Part shown: one piece after another, positions 29,507-38,699 of the stretch
Position numbering within the stretch: position 1 is the first letter of the stretch
Layout: every line of letters begins with the position of its first letter
Notes under the pieces: model-generated
What the model was told of the DNA's origin: nothing
What the model saw: the letters and a program-made list of their open reading frames with translations, nothing else
Databases searched by the model: none
NCBI GenBank assembly: GCA_038316145.1
Contig: JBBQAH010000001.1
Coordinates: 10,322-74,321, forward strand
Length of the DNA stretch: 64,000 nucleotides
Origin: Burkholderiales bacterium
Lineage (GTDB): Bacteria > Pseudomonadota > Gammaproteobacteria > Burkholderiales > Burkholderiaceae_C
Direction: 5' to 3'
Program-made: the position numbers and the translations under genes

Positions 29507-29785
29507 TCAGACCAGCGGGGTCGGCTCGGCGCTGTCCTCGGGCGGCACGGAGAACGCATCCTTGATCATCAACGGTTCTGACGTTTCGTCGCTTGCCCCC
29601 AGGGTCAGTATGTAGCTGACAAACGCTGCGGCGCTGACCCCCGCGCTGTCAGGCACTTCCTTGGTGGGCGCGATGCCGGGCGGTTCGACCGCGACCGTAT
29701 CGTCGGTGTCATCGTCCCAGCAGCCAGCCAGGGTCAGCACCAAGGCCGAAGCGCTGGCGGCCAGAAGCATTCTGGTGATCCTCAT
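29507..29785 (-). CDS. Small acidic lipoprotein downstream of DUF4331
   Basis: Lipobox LAGC; repeated DETSEP/EDSAEP motifs. Confidence 0.8.
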   Translation of the reverse strand: MRITRMLLAASASALVLTLAGCWDDDTDDTVAVEPPGIAPTKEVPDSAGVSAAAFVSYILTLGASDETSEPLMIKDAFSVPPEDSAEPTPLV

Positions 29786-29792
29786 CACGGCC

Positions 29793-31358
29793 TCACGGGT
29801 AGACCGTGCCAGCGGCAGCGATCGGGTTCAGGTTGCCCGGGATCGGGGTCGTCAGGTACGGGAAGGTGACACCAAAGTTGGTTGCCGTCTTGCGCACGCC
29901 ATCGGTCAAGGCCAGGCCGCCAGCCGGCGCATCGGTCGGCTTGCACCCTACCTTCAGCGTGTCGGTGGGGCCCGTCAGCACACACAGCGCACCCATGGCC
30001 ACGCGCAGCGACAAGTCCACCACATCGTCGGCCGGACGGCGGCCGTTCGGGAAGCCTGCGTTGTCACCGGCAGCAACGCCCAGCGGGTTTTGCGCAGCCG
30101 CGGCCGTGACCGCGATCCCGGTGTTGAGCCGCAGCATTTCAGCCAGTACTGCCCCCGATGCGGGCGCCGTCGGTTGGTTCACGCCGCTGATGCCCTTGAG
30201 GAACACCGTGACCAGATCGGTCCGCGGGAAGTTGGTCGGCGCGACGGCCGACGGGAACAGGGTCTGGATCAGTGCCGGCAGCACCGGGTTGGTAACGTAG
30301 TCGGCGAACTTGGCGGCATCGTCCTTGGGTTTGGAGGCATTGAACTTGTCCTTGTCGTCGATGCCGATGATCAGCTCGTTGACCAGCGGCATGCCCAGGC
30401 GCGACACCTGCGTCCAGGCGCCGCCATTGCGGGTGACCTTGCCCAGCCCCGTTGCCGGTGAGCCGTCCAGCAGCCGACCTTGCCGCAGGCTGGCCGTGGT
30501 GAAGGCGCCGATCACCGGCTCGGTGCCGGCCGTCAGGCAACTGATCGGCAACTCCATCGCCAGCGTGCTGACGTTTTTGCCCTCCAGGTCGTTGTTGTTG
30601 TTGCCGCCCACCTCGGCGCCCAGCGGGTTGAGGTTGAAGAGGTCGAAGCTTTTGCCAACGGCAATGTAGAACGGCTCCTTGCGCTGACCGACAAAGACCC
30701 GGCCCGGCGTGCTGCAGCCCGGGATCGTCACGTCGTAGACATGCAGGTTGGCGTACGTGGCATAGCCGGTGGCGCTGCCGAAGACCTTGTCGCCGATGTT
30801 GTCCACCGGCTTGTCGAAACTCGACGCCCCGCCGGCGGCGTTGGTCACGCTACTGCGCGCGGTGCGGCGCCCGCCGCGCACGACATCGACCATGAAGGTC
30901 TCGCGCACGTTGAGCGCAGCCGGATTCACCCCCGCGATCACGCCGCTGTTGATCAACGGAATCTTCACTGATTTGCCCCCCACTGTCAGCGCTGTGGCCT
31001 TGGAGGTGTTGGTGAAGCGGAATTGGAAGGTGAGGTCTTCGACGCCATCGCCGTTGTTGTCGATGTGGATCTCGTAAAGGCCTTCGGGGTTGAACATGTA
31101 GAAGTTCGGCCCACCCTGCGGGTCCTGGAACGGCTGGTAGTTGGCCAGAATCGTCACGAAGTTCTGACGGCCCGCCTCGTAGCTGCGGAACATGTACAGG
31201 TCGGTGGCGTCGAGCTTGGCCTGACCGCTGATGAATGGCGCCTCGCGGTGACTGGAGGCAAAAGCCGGCGGTGCGGCGAGCAATACGGCTGCGAGGCCCA
31301 GGCCCAGCGAACCGAAGGTCCGGCTCAAGGGTGTGCGGGCAAAAGGACAGAGCTTCAT
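29793..31358 (-). CDS. DUF4331 domain secreted protein
   Basis: Signal peptide, then ASSHREAP, DATDLYMF, QVSRLGMPLVNE, GFPNGRRPADDVVD. Confidence 0.88.
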   Translation of the reverse strand: MKLCPFARTPLSRTFGSLGLGLAAVLLAAPPAFASSHREAPFISGQAKLDATDLYMFRSYEAGRQNFVTILANYQPFQDPQGGPNFYMFNPEGLYEIHIDNNGDGVEDLTFQFRFTNTSKATALTVGGKSVKIPLINSGVIAGVNPAALNVRETFMVDVVRGGRRTARSSVTNAAGGASSFDKPVDNIGDKVFGSATGYATYANLHVYDVTIPGCSTPGRVFVGQRKEPFYIAVGKSFDLFNLNPLGAEVGGNNNNDLEGKNVSTLAMELPISCLTAGTEPVIGAFTTASLRQGRLLDGSPATGLGKVTRNGGAWTQVSRLGMPLVNELIIGIDDKDKFNASKPKDDAAKFADYVTNPVLPALIQTLFPSAVAPTNFPRTDLVTVFLKGISGVNQPTAPASGAVLAEMLRLNTGIAVTAAAAQNPLGVAAGDNAGFPNGRRPADDVVDLSLRVAMGALCVLTGPTDTLKVGCKPTDAPAGGLALTDGVRKTATNFGVTFPYLTTPIPGNLNPIAAAGTVYP

Positions 31359-31493
31359 GGACATCTCCAGGCAAGGTGGTCGGGTGGCGCCTGGGGTTCA
31401 TCTCCCGCAATGGGCAGAACCTGACACCGTGTGGTTCCGACGCGAATGCGAACGGGTTCCGGTGCAGACCGTAACTTTGCCGTGGGATAGCGT

Positions 31494-31590
31494 TCTGTAC
31501 GGCAACCCACGGATCTGCGCAAACTGCAGCGTCGCAATCCCGATGCGCCTGCTCGCGAATCGGCGCCGTCAATGTGAGGCAACGTACAGA
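31494..31590. promoter_or_regulatory. Two Crp-variant palindromes in the divergent DUF4331 / DUF421-ligD promoter
   Basis: TCTGTAC-GGCAAC-CCACGGA (31494) and TGTGA-GGCAAC-GTACAGA (31573). Confidence 0.65.
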
Positions 31591-31607
31591 CCGCACACAT
31601 CAAGTTC

Positions 31608-32135
31608 GTGATCGTCGCGAACGTGATCAACCTCAGTTTCGACCTGACCAGCGTGTTGTCCTTCACCGTCTCGCCACTCGAGATGGTGCTGCGTGGCACG
31701 CTGATGTACTGGTTTTTGTTCGTGGTGTTTCGCTTCATCCTCCGGCGCGACGTTGGCTCCCTCGGCATCAGCGATTTCCTGTTCGTCGTGATCCTCGGGG
31801 ACGCGGCGCAGAACGGCATGATCGGCAGCGCCACCTCAGCCACGGACAGCATGGTGCTGATAGCCACGCTGGTCTTCTGGAGCTACATGCTCGACTACAT
31901 GAGCTTCCGGTTTCCGGTGATCGAGCGTTTCACTGCGGCACCTCGGCTGTGCCTGGTTCGCGACGGCAAGATCCAGCGGCGAAACATGCGCCGCGAGTTC
32001 ATCACCGATGAGGAACTCAACGCCCAGATTCGGCAGCAGGGCGTGGAGGACATCAGGATGGTGAAACGGATGTACCTCGAGGCCGACGGCGAGATGAGCT
32101 TGATCCAGCAGGAATCGGCCAGGGCCGCCCCGTGA
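31608..32135 (+). CDS. DUF421 (YetF-like) membrane protein
   Basis: EMVLRGTLMY..RRDVGSLGISD..LGDAAQNGM..LVRDG..NMRREFIT..LEADGEMS. Confidence 0.9.
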   Translation: MIVANVINLSFDLTSVLSFTVSPLEMVLRGTLMYWFLFVVFRFILRRDVGSLGISDFLFVVILGDAAQNGMIGSATSATDSMVLIATLVFWSYMLDYMSFRFPVIERFTAAPRLCLVRDGKIQRRNMRREFITDEELNAQIRQQGVEDIRMVKRMYLEADGEMSLIQQESARAAP

Positions 32136-34729
32136 GCAAGCGCCAGACGCCGACGCTGCAGCAAACAGCCGACCCGCTTCAGGCCTACAAGGCAAAGCGC
32201 GACTTTGCCCACACGCCCGAGCCGCAGCACCAGGACGATGCCGGCTCGGGCGGCAACGGGCTTTTGTGCTTTGTGGTCCAGAAGCATTGGGCCAGCAGCC
32301 TGCACTACGACTTCAGGCTGCAACTGGACGGCGCCATGAAGAGCTGGGCGGTGCCCAAAGGCCCCAGCCTGGACCCGAAGGTCAAGCGCATGGCGGTTCA
32401 GGTCGAGGACCATCCGATCAGTTACGCCGCCTTCGAAGGCACCATTCCTGCGCGCCAGTACGGTGCCGGCAAGGTCATCGTGTGGGATGCCGGCACCTGG
32501 ACACCATCGGGCGATCCGTTGCAGAGTTTGGTTGATGGCAACCTGAAGTTCGAATTGCAGGGGCACAAGCTGGCGGGCAAGTGGGTGCTGGTCCGCATGA
32601 AGGGCAAAAGCGACAAACAGACGCCATGGCTGCTGATCAAGGAGCGGGACGCCTGGGCCCGCGCATCGGCCGACTACAGCGTGGTCGATGAACTGCCGGA
32701 CAGCGTGAAGGCGGCGGGTGTGCCGCGGGCCGGGGTTGCCGAACCGTCGCCTTCTGTCCCGCTGGCGCCTGCGGGCATCGCCGCGGCACTGCCTGAAAAA
32801 CTGGCGCCGCAGCTCGCGACGTTGGCCGCCGGCCTGCCCGCACAGCGGGAGGACTGGCTCTGCGAGATCAAGTTCGATGGCTACCGGATGCTTGTACGCG
32901 CGGAGCACGGCAAGGCCAGGCTCTTCACCCGCAACGGACACGACTGGACAGCCAAACTTCGCCCACTGCAGCGGGCCATCGAAGGCCTGAAGTGGCCACC
33001 CGGATGGTTCGACGGCGAAATCGTGGTCCCCAATGAGGCAGGCATCCCCGACTTTGGCGCGCTGCAGCAGGCGTTCGACAGTGGCAACACGGATGATGTC
33101 GTGCTCTATCTGTTCGACCTGCCGTATTTCGATGGCCAGGATTTGCGCGAACTGCCCTTGGAGCGGCGACGCGAGATGCTCAAGCACCTGCTGTTGACAG
33201 CGCCATCGGACCGGGTGCAGCTCAGCGAGGCGTTCGACGCTGCGGCTGACAGCATCGTCGCCTCGGCCTGCAAGCTCGGCCTGGAAGGCATCATCGCCAA
33301 GCGGCGCGCGTCCCGCTACCAATCGTTGCGGTCGGCGGATTGGATCAAGCTGAAGTGCAGCTTGCGTCAGGAGTTCGTCATCGGTGGTTACACCGACCCG
33401 CAGGGCACACGCGCCGGCTTCGGCTCGCTGCTGCTGGGCGTGCACGACGCCCAGGGCGCGCTGCAGTACGCCGGCAACGTTGGCAGTGGGTTCAGCCAAC
33501 GGGCGCTGGCGGCGCTGACGGGAATGCTCGCCGCGCAGGCTCGAGCCACGAGCCCGTTCGGCGGGCACGCCGAGATCGAAGGCAAACCGCACTGGGTCGC
33601 ACCCACGCTGGTCGCCGAGGTCTCCTTCGGGGAGTGGACACGCAGCGCGCATATCCGTCATGCGGTGTTTCGCGGGCTGCGGTGCGACAAGGACGCCAGC
33701 ACCATCGTCAGGGAAAAGGCGTTGCGTGTGATCTCGCCCCCGCGTGTTTTGGCCTCCGGCATGGCCTCGACGCACACGGTGTCCCGCCAGCCGCAGATCA
33801 CGAACCCGCAACGGGTGATCGATGCCAGCACCGGCACCACCAAGCTCGACCTTGTTCGGTACTACGGCGCTGTCGGCACGTTGATGATGAAACACCTCAA
33901 AAGTCGCCCGGTGTCCCTCGTCCGCGCACCTGACGGTGTTGACGGTCAGCTGTTCTTCCAGAAGCATGCCGAGACCGAAAAGCTGCCGGGCATCCGCCAG
34001 ATCAGCCAGCCCGACCCGGCGCTTGCCACCCGGCATCCTGCGCTGCTGGAGATCGTCAGCATCCAGGGGCTGCTGTCCGCCGCGCAGTGGAACGTCGTCG
34101 AGTTCCACACGTTGAACATGGGCGCCGCGGCGTTCGAGCATCCGGACCGCATGGTGTTTGACCTCGATCCCGGCGCGGCCGTGCCCTGGGTGCAGGTGCA
34201 GGAAGCGGCTGAGCTGATGCGCGCCTTTCTGGCGCAACTCGGTCTGCCATCCTTTCTGAAGACCAGCGGCGGCAAGGGTCTGCATGTCGTGGTGCCGGTG
34301 CGCAGGGTGCACGACTGGGACACGGTCAAGGGCTTTTCGCAGGCGATCGTGCTGCACATGGCGGAGACGATTCCGCAACGCTTCGTGGCCAAGAGCGGGC
34401 CGAGCAATCGGGTCGGCAAGATCTTTATCGACACCTTGCGCAACGGCGTAGGCGCCACCACGGTCTGTGCCTGGTCGGCACGGGCCAGGCCGGGGCTGGG
34501 CATCTCGGTGCCGGTTGCGTGGCGCGAGTTGCCGTCGCTGCGCGGTGGAGACCACTGGGCCGTGAGGACCGTGCACGAGCGCCTGGACACCGGCAACGAC
34601 CCCTGGATCGACTACGCCAAGGCGGCGCGCAGTCTGACGGCTGCGATGACGACCCTGGGGTACACCTTGGGCCGAGCCGACTCACCGGCAGCCACGCGCA
34701 GCGCCCGCCGATCCAAGGCGGTTGCGTAA
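32132..34729 (+). CDS. ligD: NHEJ DNA ligase D (phosphoesterase-ligase-polymerase)
   Basis: YKAKRDFAHTPEP, FVVQKH..LHYDFRL, EIKFDGYR, LEGIIAK, FDLDPG, KTSGGKGLH. Confidence 0.97.
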   Translation: MSKRQTPTLQQTADPLQAYKAKRDFAHTPEPQHQDDAGSGGNGLLCFVVQKHWASSLHYDFRLQLDGAMKSWAVPKGPSLDPKVKRMAVQVEDHPISYAAFEGTIPARQYGAGKVIVWDAGTWTPSGDPLQSLVDGNLKFELQGHKLAGKWVLVRMKGKSDKQTPWLLIKERDAWARASADYSVVDELPDSVKAAGVPRAGVAEPSPSVPLAPAGIAAALPEKLAPQLATLAAGLPAQREDWLCEIKFDGYRMLVRAEHGKARLFTRNGHDWTAKLRPLQRAIEGLKWPPGWFDGEIVVPNEAGIPDFGALQQAFDSGNTDDVVLYLFDLPYFDGQDLRELPLERRREMLKHLLLTAPSDRVQLSEAFDAAADSIVASACKLGLEGIIAKRRASRYQSLRSADWIKLKCSLRQEFVIGGYTDPQGTRAGFGSLLLGVHDAQGALQYAGNVGSGFSQRALAALTGMLAAQARATSPFGGHAEIEGKPHWVAPTLVAEVSFGEWTRSAHIRHAVFRGLRCDKDASTIVREKALRVISPPRVLASGMASTHTVSRQPQITNPQRVIDASTGTTKLDLVRYYGAVGTLMMKHLKSRPVSLVRAPDGVDGQLFFQKHAETEKLPGIRQISQPDPALATRHPALLEIVSIQGLLSAAQWNVVEFHTLNMGAAAFEHPDRMVFDLDPGAAVPWVQVQEAAELMRAFLAQLGLPSFLKTSGGKGLHVVVPVRRVHDWDTVKGFSQAIVLHMAETIPQRFVAKSGPSNRVGKIFIDTLRNGVGATTVCAWSARARPGLGISVPVAWRELPSLRGGDHWAVRTVHERLDTGNDPWIDYAKAARSLTAAMTTLGYTLGRADSPAATRSARRSKAVA

Positions 34730-34793
34730 AAGCGGTGCCTCGGCCCTCTCGGCGCTCAACCACTTTCGGCATCCGGCCGACAAAGGAGATTTC

Positions 34794-35681
34794 ATGCCAC
34801 GCGTGATCTGGAAAGGCGCCATTGCCTTTGGCCTGGTGCATGTGCCGGTCGCCTTGTACCCGGCCTCTCAGGAGGTCGGCATCGACTTCGACTGGCTCGA
34901 CAAGCGCTCGATGGACCCGGTGGGCTACAAGCGTGTGAACAAACGCACCGGCAAGGAGATCTTGCGCGACGACATCGTCAAGGGCATCAAGCAGGACGAC
35001 GGCGACTACGTGATCCTGGGCGAGGACGAGATCAAGGCTGCCTATCCGAAGTCGACGCAAACCATCGAGATCGAGGCCTTTGTCAAGGCCAGCGAGATCG
35101 CGTTCACGCTGCTCGAGACGCCGTACTACCTCGAACCCATCGGCAAAGGCGAGAAGGTCTACGCCCTGTTGCGTGAGTCGATGCTCCAGGCTGGCGTCAT
35201 CGGCATCGCTCGCGTGGTGATGCACACCAAGGAGCACCTCGCCGCGCTGGTGCCTACGGGTGCCGCGCTGGTGCTCAACACGATCCGCTGGGCCAGTGAG
35301 ATTCGGGCGCTGGATGAACTCAAACTTCCTGCTGCGGGCAAGACCGCCGCCGGACTGAAGCCCGCTGAGCTGAAGATGGCTGAGCAGCTCATCAGCGACA
35401 TGACAGGGCCATGGGACGCGCAGGCGTACACCGACAAGTTCAGTGCGGCCGTTCAAGCGTTGGTGAGCAAGAAGGTGGCGGCCGGCGAGACCCAAACCGT
35501 CACGCCGATGGAGCAAACGGCCTCTGAGGTGGGCGTCAGCAACGTCGTCGATCTGACCGAACTGCTGGCCGCCAGTCTTGCCAAGCGCAAGCCCGTGAGC
35601 GCTGATGCGCGCGGCGAGGGTGGTGGCGCGGTCGCAGCCCGGAAGTCTGTCGCGAAGTCGACTCCCAGAAAACGGGCGTGA
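34794..35681 (+). CDS. ku: NHEJ Ku protein
   Basis: RBS AAGGAG; MPRVIWKGAIAFGLVHVPVALYPA..PYYLEP..YALLRE..VVDLTELL. Confidence 0.96.
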   Translation: MPRVIWKGAIAFGLVHVPVALYPASQEVGIDFDWLDKRSMDPVGYKRVNKRTGKEILRDDIVKGIKQDDGDYVILGEDEIKAAYPKSTQTIEIEAFVKASEIAFTLLETPYYLEPIGKGEKVYALLRESMLQAGVIGIARVVMHTKEHLAALVPTGAALVLNTIRWASEIRALDELKLPAAGKTAAGLKPAELKMAEQLISDMTGPWDAQAYTDKFSAAVQALVSKKVAAGETQTVTPMEQTASEVGVSNVVDLTELLAASLAKRKPVSADARGEGGGAVAARKSVAKSTPRKRA

Positions 35682-36041
35682 CCAGCCGGCCTGCCCGCAA
35701 CCTTGTTGATCCGCTGTGTGCCACGCACACCGGTCGCCACGTTGCGGCCGTCACACCGTGGACACGTCAACCGAAAGGTCAATGGCGTGGCAGAGCCTCG
35801 GGCGGCCCTTGTCAGTTGTCTCCCGCAATGCGGACGGCACGCAGTCCTACGTCTTTCGGGGGCACTTCCTTATCCCAGCTCGGTTTGCGCTGAACGACGA
35901 TTCGTTCATTCCGTTGCGTGCACAGTCCCATGTGTCACCCCACCAATTTGTCCGGCAACAACTTCCCTGGGGTTCACCACTTCACGGGTGCGCAAGGCTT
36001 CCATGTTCGGCGGCCCGTACGCCTCTCTGTCAGGAGCTTTT

Positions 36042-36785
36042 ATGCCATTTGCCGCCACAGCATCCAGGGATGAATTCAATCGGGCGCGCGTCCCCGCCAG
36101 CACCCCGAGCGTAAACCCGCGCTCACTGCTCAGCGCGGTCTCATGGGGTGTGATCGCAGCGGGCGCCGCTTCGGCCGCTGCGTTGTCTTTGATTCTGCTG
36201 ATTCTGGGCGTCGGGCTGGGGCTGTCGTCTGTCTCGCCTTGGGCAAGCAGCGGTATCAGCGCGGGCTCGTTCGGTGTTTCGACGATCCTGTGGCTGACGC
36301 TGACACAACTGCTCGCATCGGCGATGGGCGGCTACCTTGCCGTCCGGCTGCGGACAAAGTGGACCGAGGTTTACAACGATGAGGTCTATTTCCGCGATAC
36401 CGCGCACGGCTTCCTCGCTTGGGCCGTAGCAACCTTGGCGACAGCGGCACTGCTGACATCGGTGATCGGCTTGATCGTGAGCGGCGGCGTGCAAGCAGGC
36501 GCCGCAGCGGCAGGCGGTGCGGCCGGCACTGCGACTTCAGTGGTGGGCGGCGCCGCTGTGTCCGCAGCCCTGCTGCAGGGCAACGACGCCGGACCCATGG
36601 GCTACTTCGTCGATTCGCTGTTCCGCCGCGATCCAGCATCTGCCACTGCTGCCACTGCTGCCACGCCGGGCGCCGCCGCCACCAGCGATGCCACCGAGCG
36701 TTTGTCCAGCAGGGACGCGGCCGAAGTCAGCCGCATCGTGGCAAGTCTCGCAGCAACCCACGGTGGCAGGCGTCGGGACGCCTGA
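36042..36785 (+). CDS. Conserved membrane protein, probably with an in-frame C-terminal deletion
   Basis: SAVSWG..GLGLSSVSPW..GGYLA..YFRDTAHGFLAWA..YFVDSLFR, jumping to the terminal VASLAATHGGRRRD. Confidence 0.8.
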   Translation: MPFAATASRDEFNRARVPASTPSVNPRSLLSAVSWGVIAAGAASAAALSLILLILGVGLGLSSVSPWASSGISAGSFGVSTILWLTLTQLLASAMGGYLAVRLRTKWTEVYNDEVYFRDTAHGFLAWAVATLATAALLTSVIGLIVSGGVQAGAAAAGGAAGTATSVVGGAAVSAALLQGNDAGPMGYFVDSLFRRDPASATAATAATPGAAATSDATERLSSRDAAEVSRIVASLAATHGGRRRDA

Positions 36786-36831
36786 TCCCTTTGCAGCGCC
36801 GATTCACCCCAACAACCCCACGGAGCCCGCC

Positions 36832-36906
36832 ATGCGTTCACCGCTGCTGCTGTTTCTCGGTATTCCCATCCCGATCATCATCTTGATCGCACTCTTCGTG
36901 CACTGA
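36832..36906 (+). CDS. 24-aa hydrophobic small protein MRSPLLLFLGIPIPIIILIALFVH
   Basis: GGAG RBS just upstream; single-TM peptide lying between two same-strand genes. Confidence 0.7.
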   Translation: MRSPLLLFLGIPIPIIILIALFVH

Positions 36907-36944
36907 CCGCACGTCACCTGCTCCACCCCACTCCAGGAGATTCC

Positions 36945-37430
36945 ATGACCACCACCAAGACCGCTCCGGCATCTAAAGCCCCCGCCATTGCCAAAGACGC
37001 CATAGCACTGCTCAAGGCTGACCACGAGGCTGTCAGCCACCTGTTTACCGAGTTCGAGAGCACGCGCTCGATCGCCAACAAAAAAGCGCTCGTCGGTGAA
37101 ATCTGTACTGCGCTGAGCGTGCATGCACAGATCGAGGAAGAGATCTTCTACCCGGCCTTCAAGGCGACTTTGAAGGACAAGCTGCTCGTCCCGGAGGCAA
37201 CCGTCGAGCATGCCGGTGTCAAACGGCTGATCGCCGAGCTTGAAGGCGCCGAGCCCGACGGTGAGATGTACGACGCCAAAGTCAAGGTGCTGTCCGAGTA
37301 TGTGAAGCATCACGTCAAGGAAGAGCAGAACGACATGTTTCCGAAGGCCAAGGCATCGTCGCTCGACATGGCCGAACTTGGCGCTCGCATGGCCGCACGC
37401 AAGCAAGATTTGCTCGCCAAGAAATTGTGA
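36945..37430 (+). CDS. Hemerythrin (HHE cation-binding) domain protein
   Basis: DAIALLKADH..HAQIEEEIFYP..EATVEH..HHVKEEQ. Confidence 0.93.
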   Translation: MTTTKTAPASKAPAIAKDAIALLKADHEAVSHLFTEFESTRSIANKKALVGEICTALSVHAQIEEEIFYPAFKATLKDKLLVPEATVEHAGVKRLIAELEGAEPDGEMYDAKVKVLSEYVKHHVKEEQNDMFPKAKASSLDMAELGARMAARKQDLLAKKL

Positions 37431-37441
37431 TTCCACAGGCG

Positions 37442-37825
37442 ATGACCATGGTCGAAAGCAAGACTGCTTTGGCGAAGCCCGCGCCGATCTGGCGTGGCGC
37501 AAGTGACGCCATGCCGGCACTCGAATCATCCTGGTTGGCGTCAGCCGACACGCCGACCCAGCTGGGAGACAGACTGACAACGCGCACCGTCGAAGGGGAT
37601 CACACCACCCTCGACAGCCTGGCGGACGGTGTTGCTCCCACAGCGCCAGCGGTGGGCGGGCCTGTCGCCAGCGCCGAAGGTGACTTGCAGGCCAGTGCCG
37701 CCCAACTCAGCGAAACGCGAGACCCGTGGTCAGAGGGCCTTCGCACGGCTGTGCGGAACCGCCCGTTGACCGCCCTCGTGGGCGGATTGGCAGTCGGTGC
37801 GTTGATCGCCCGCATCATTCGCTGA
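37442..37825 (+). CDS. Hypothetical protein with a DUF883-like tail anchor
   Basis: C-terminal RTAVRNRPLTALVGGLAVGALIARIIR. Confidence 0.65.
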   Translation: MTMVESKTALAKPAPIWRGASDAMPALESSWLASADTPTQLGDRLTTRTVEGDHTTLDSLADGVAPTAPAVGGPVASAEGDLQASAAQLSETRDPWSEGLRTAVRNRPLTALVGGLAVGALIARIIR

Positions 37826-37880
37826 AGGCCATCGACGTGCCAGCCATCGAGCTTCACCGCAGCATCCAGCAAGGATCGAC

Positions 37881-38108
37881 ATGAGCAATCCCTGGCTGAA
37901 AAAGAACCCTTTCATGAGCCTGTGGCTCAGCGGCGCGAACAAGGCGATGAGCAATGCGCGCGGCCAGGCCAGCTCCGCAGTGAAACGAGACGCCTGCAAG
38001 GTTGGCGCGGCAGTGAGCGCAGCTGCAGCGCAGCAGGTCACCGAGTTCTGGACCAACACGCTCACCAAGCCACCAGCGGCCGCGCGCAAACGCCGCACAC
38101 CGCGCTGA
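37881..38108 (+). CDS. Small conserved hypothetical protein
   Basis: RBS AAGGA; MSNPWLKKNPFMSLWLSGAN..ARG..FW. Confidence 0.75.
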   Translation: MSNPWLKKNPFMSLWLSGANKAMSNARGQASSAVKRDACKVGAAVSAAAAQQVTEFWTNTLTKPPAAARKRRTPR

Positions 38109-38155
38109 TTCAAAACCCTGGCCCCTGACGGCCAACCCAACCCAAGGAAAACATC

Positions 38156-38581
38156 ATGACATCCAACCGCCACCGCGCTGCACGCTGGACATTCGCCGCC
38201 TCCATGCTCTTCGCCGCACTCCCGTCGCATGCCGCGGTGTCCGAAGGCCTCAAGCTGACCGGCGCGCAGGAGGTTCCACCGGTCAGCACACCCGGAACCG
38301 GATCGGGATCGATCATGGTCGCCGATGACGGCTCGATCAGCGGCAGCGTCAAGACCACGGGCGTCGCTGGCACCGCCGCGCACATTCACACGGGCGCAAC
38401 GGGCGTGAATGGTCCGGTTATCGTTCCGCTGAGCAAGACCGCCGAGGGCGTCTGGTCGGTGCCAGCCGGCGCCAAGCTGAACCCGGAACAGCTCAAGGCC
38501 TATCGTGCGGGTGGGTTGTATGTGAACGTGCACACTGACGCGAACAAAGGCGGTGAAGTTCGTGCGCAGTTGGCGCCTTGA
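38156..38581 (+). CDS. CHRD domain secreted protein
   Basis: LTGAQEVPPV..AAHIH..NGPV..LYVNVHT..GEVRAQL. Confidence 0.93.
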   Translation: MTSNRHRAARWTFAASMLFAALPSHAAVSEGLKLTGAQEVPPVSTPGTGSGSIMVADDGSISGSVKTTGVAGTAAHIHTGATGVNGPVIVPLSKTAEGVWSVPAGAKLNPEQLKAYRAGGLYVNVHTDANKGGEVRAQLAP

Positions 38582-38699
38582 CCGACAGGCTCCGCCTGCG
38601 GCCTGACAGTGAGATCTGCATGCCCGTCGGCTATCTGCCTGGCTGTCGTCCGGCCTGACTGTCATCCTGCCATCCTGAATCAATTCAAGGACATCGAGC

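Noticed and set aside
31895-34576. 893-aa minus-strand ORF
   Set aside because: Antisense shadow of ligD.
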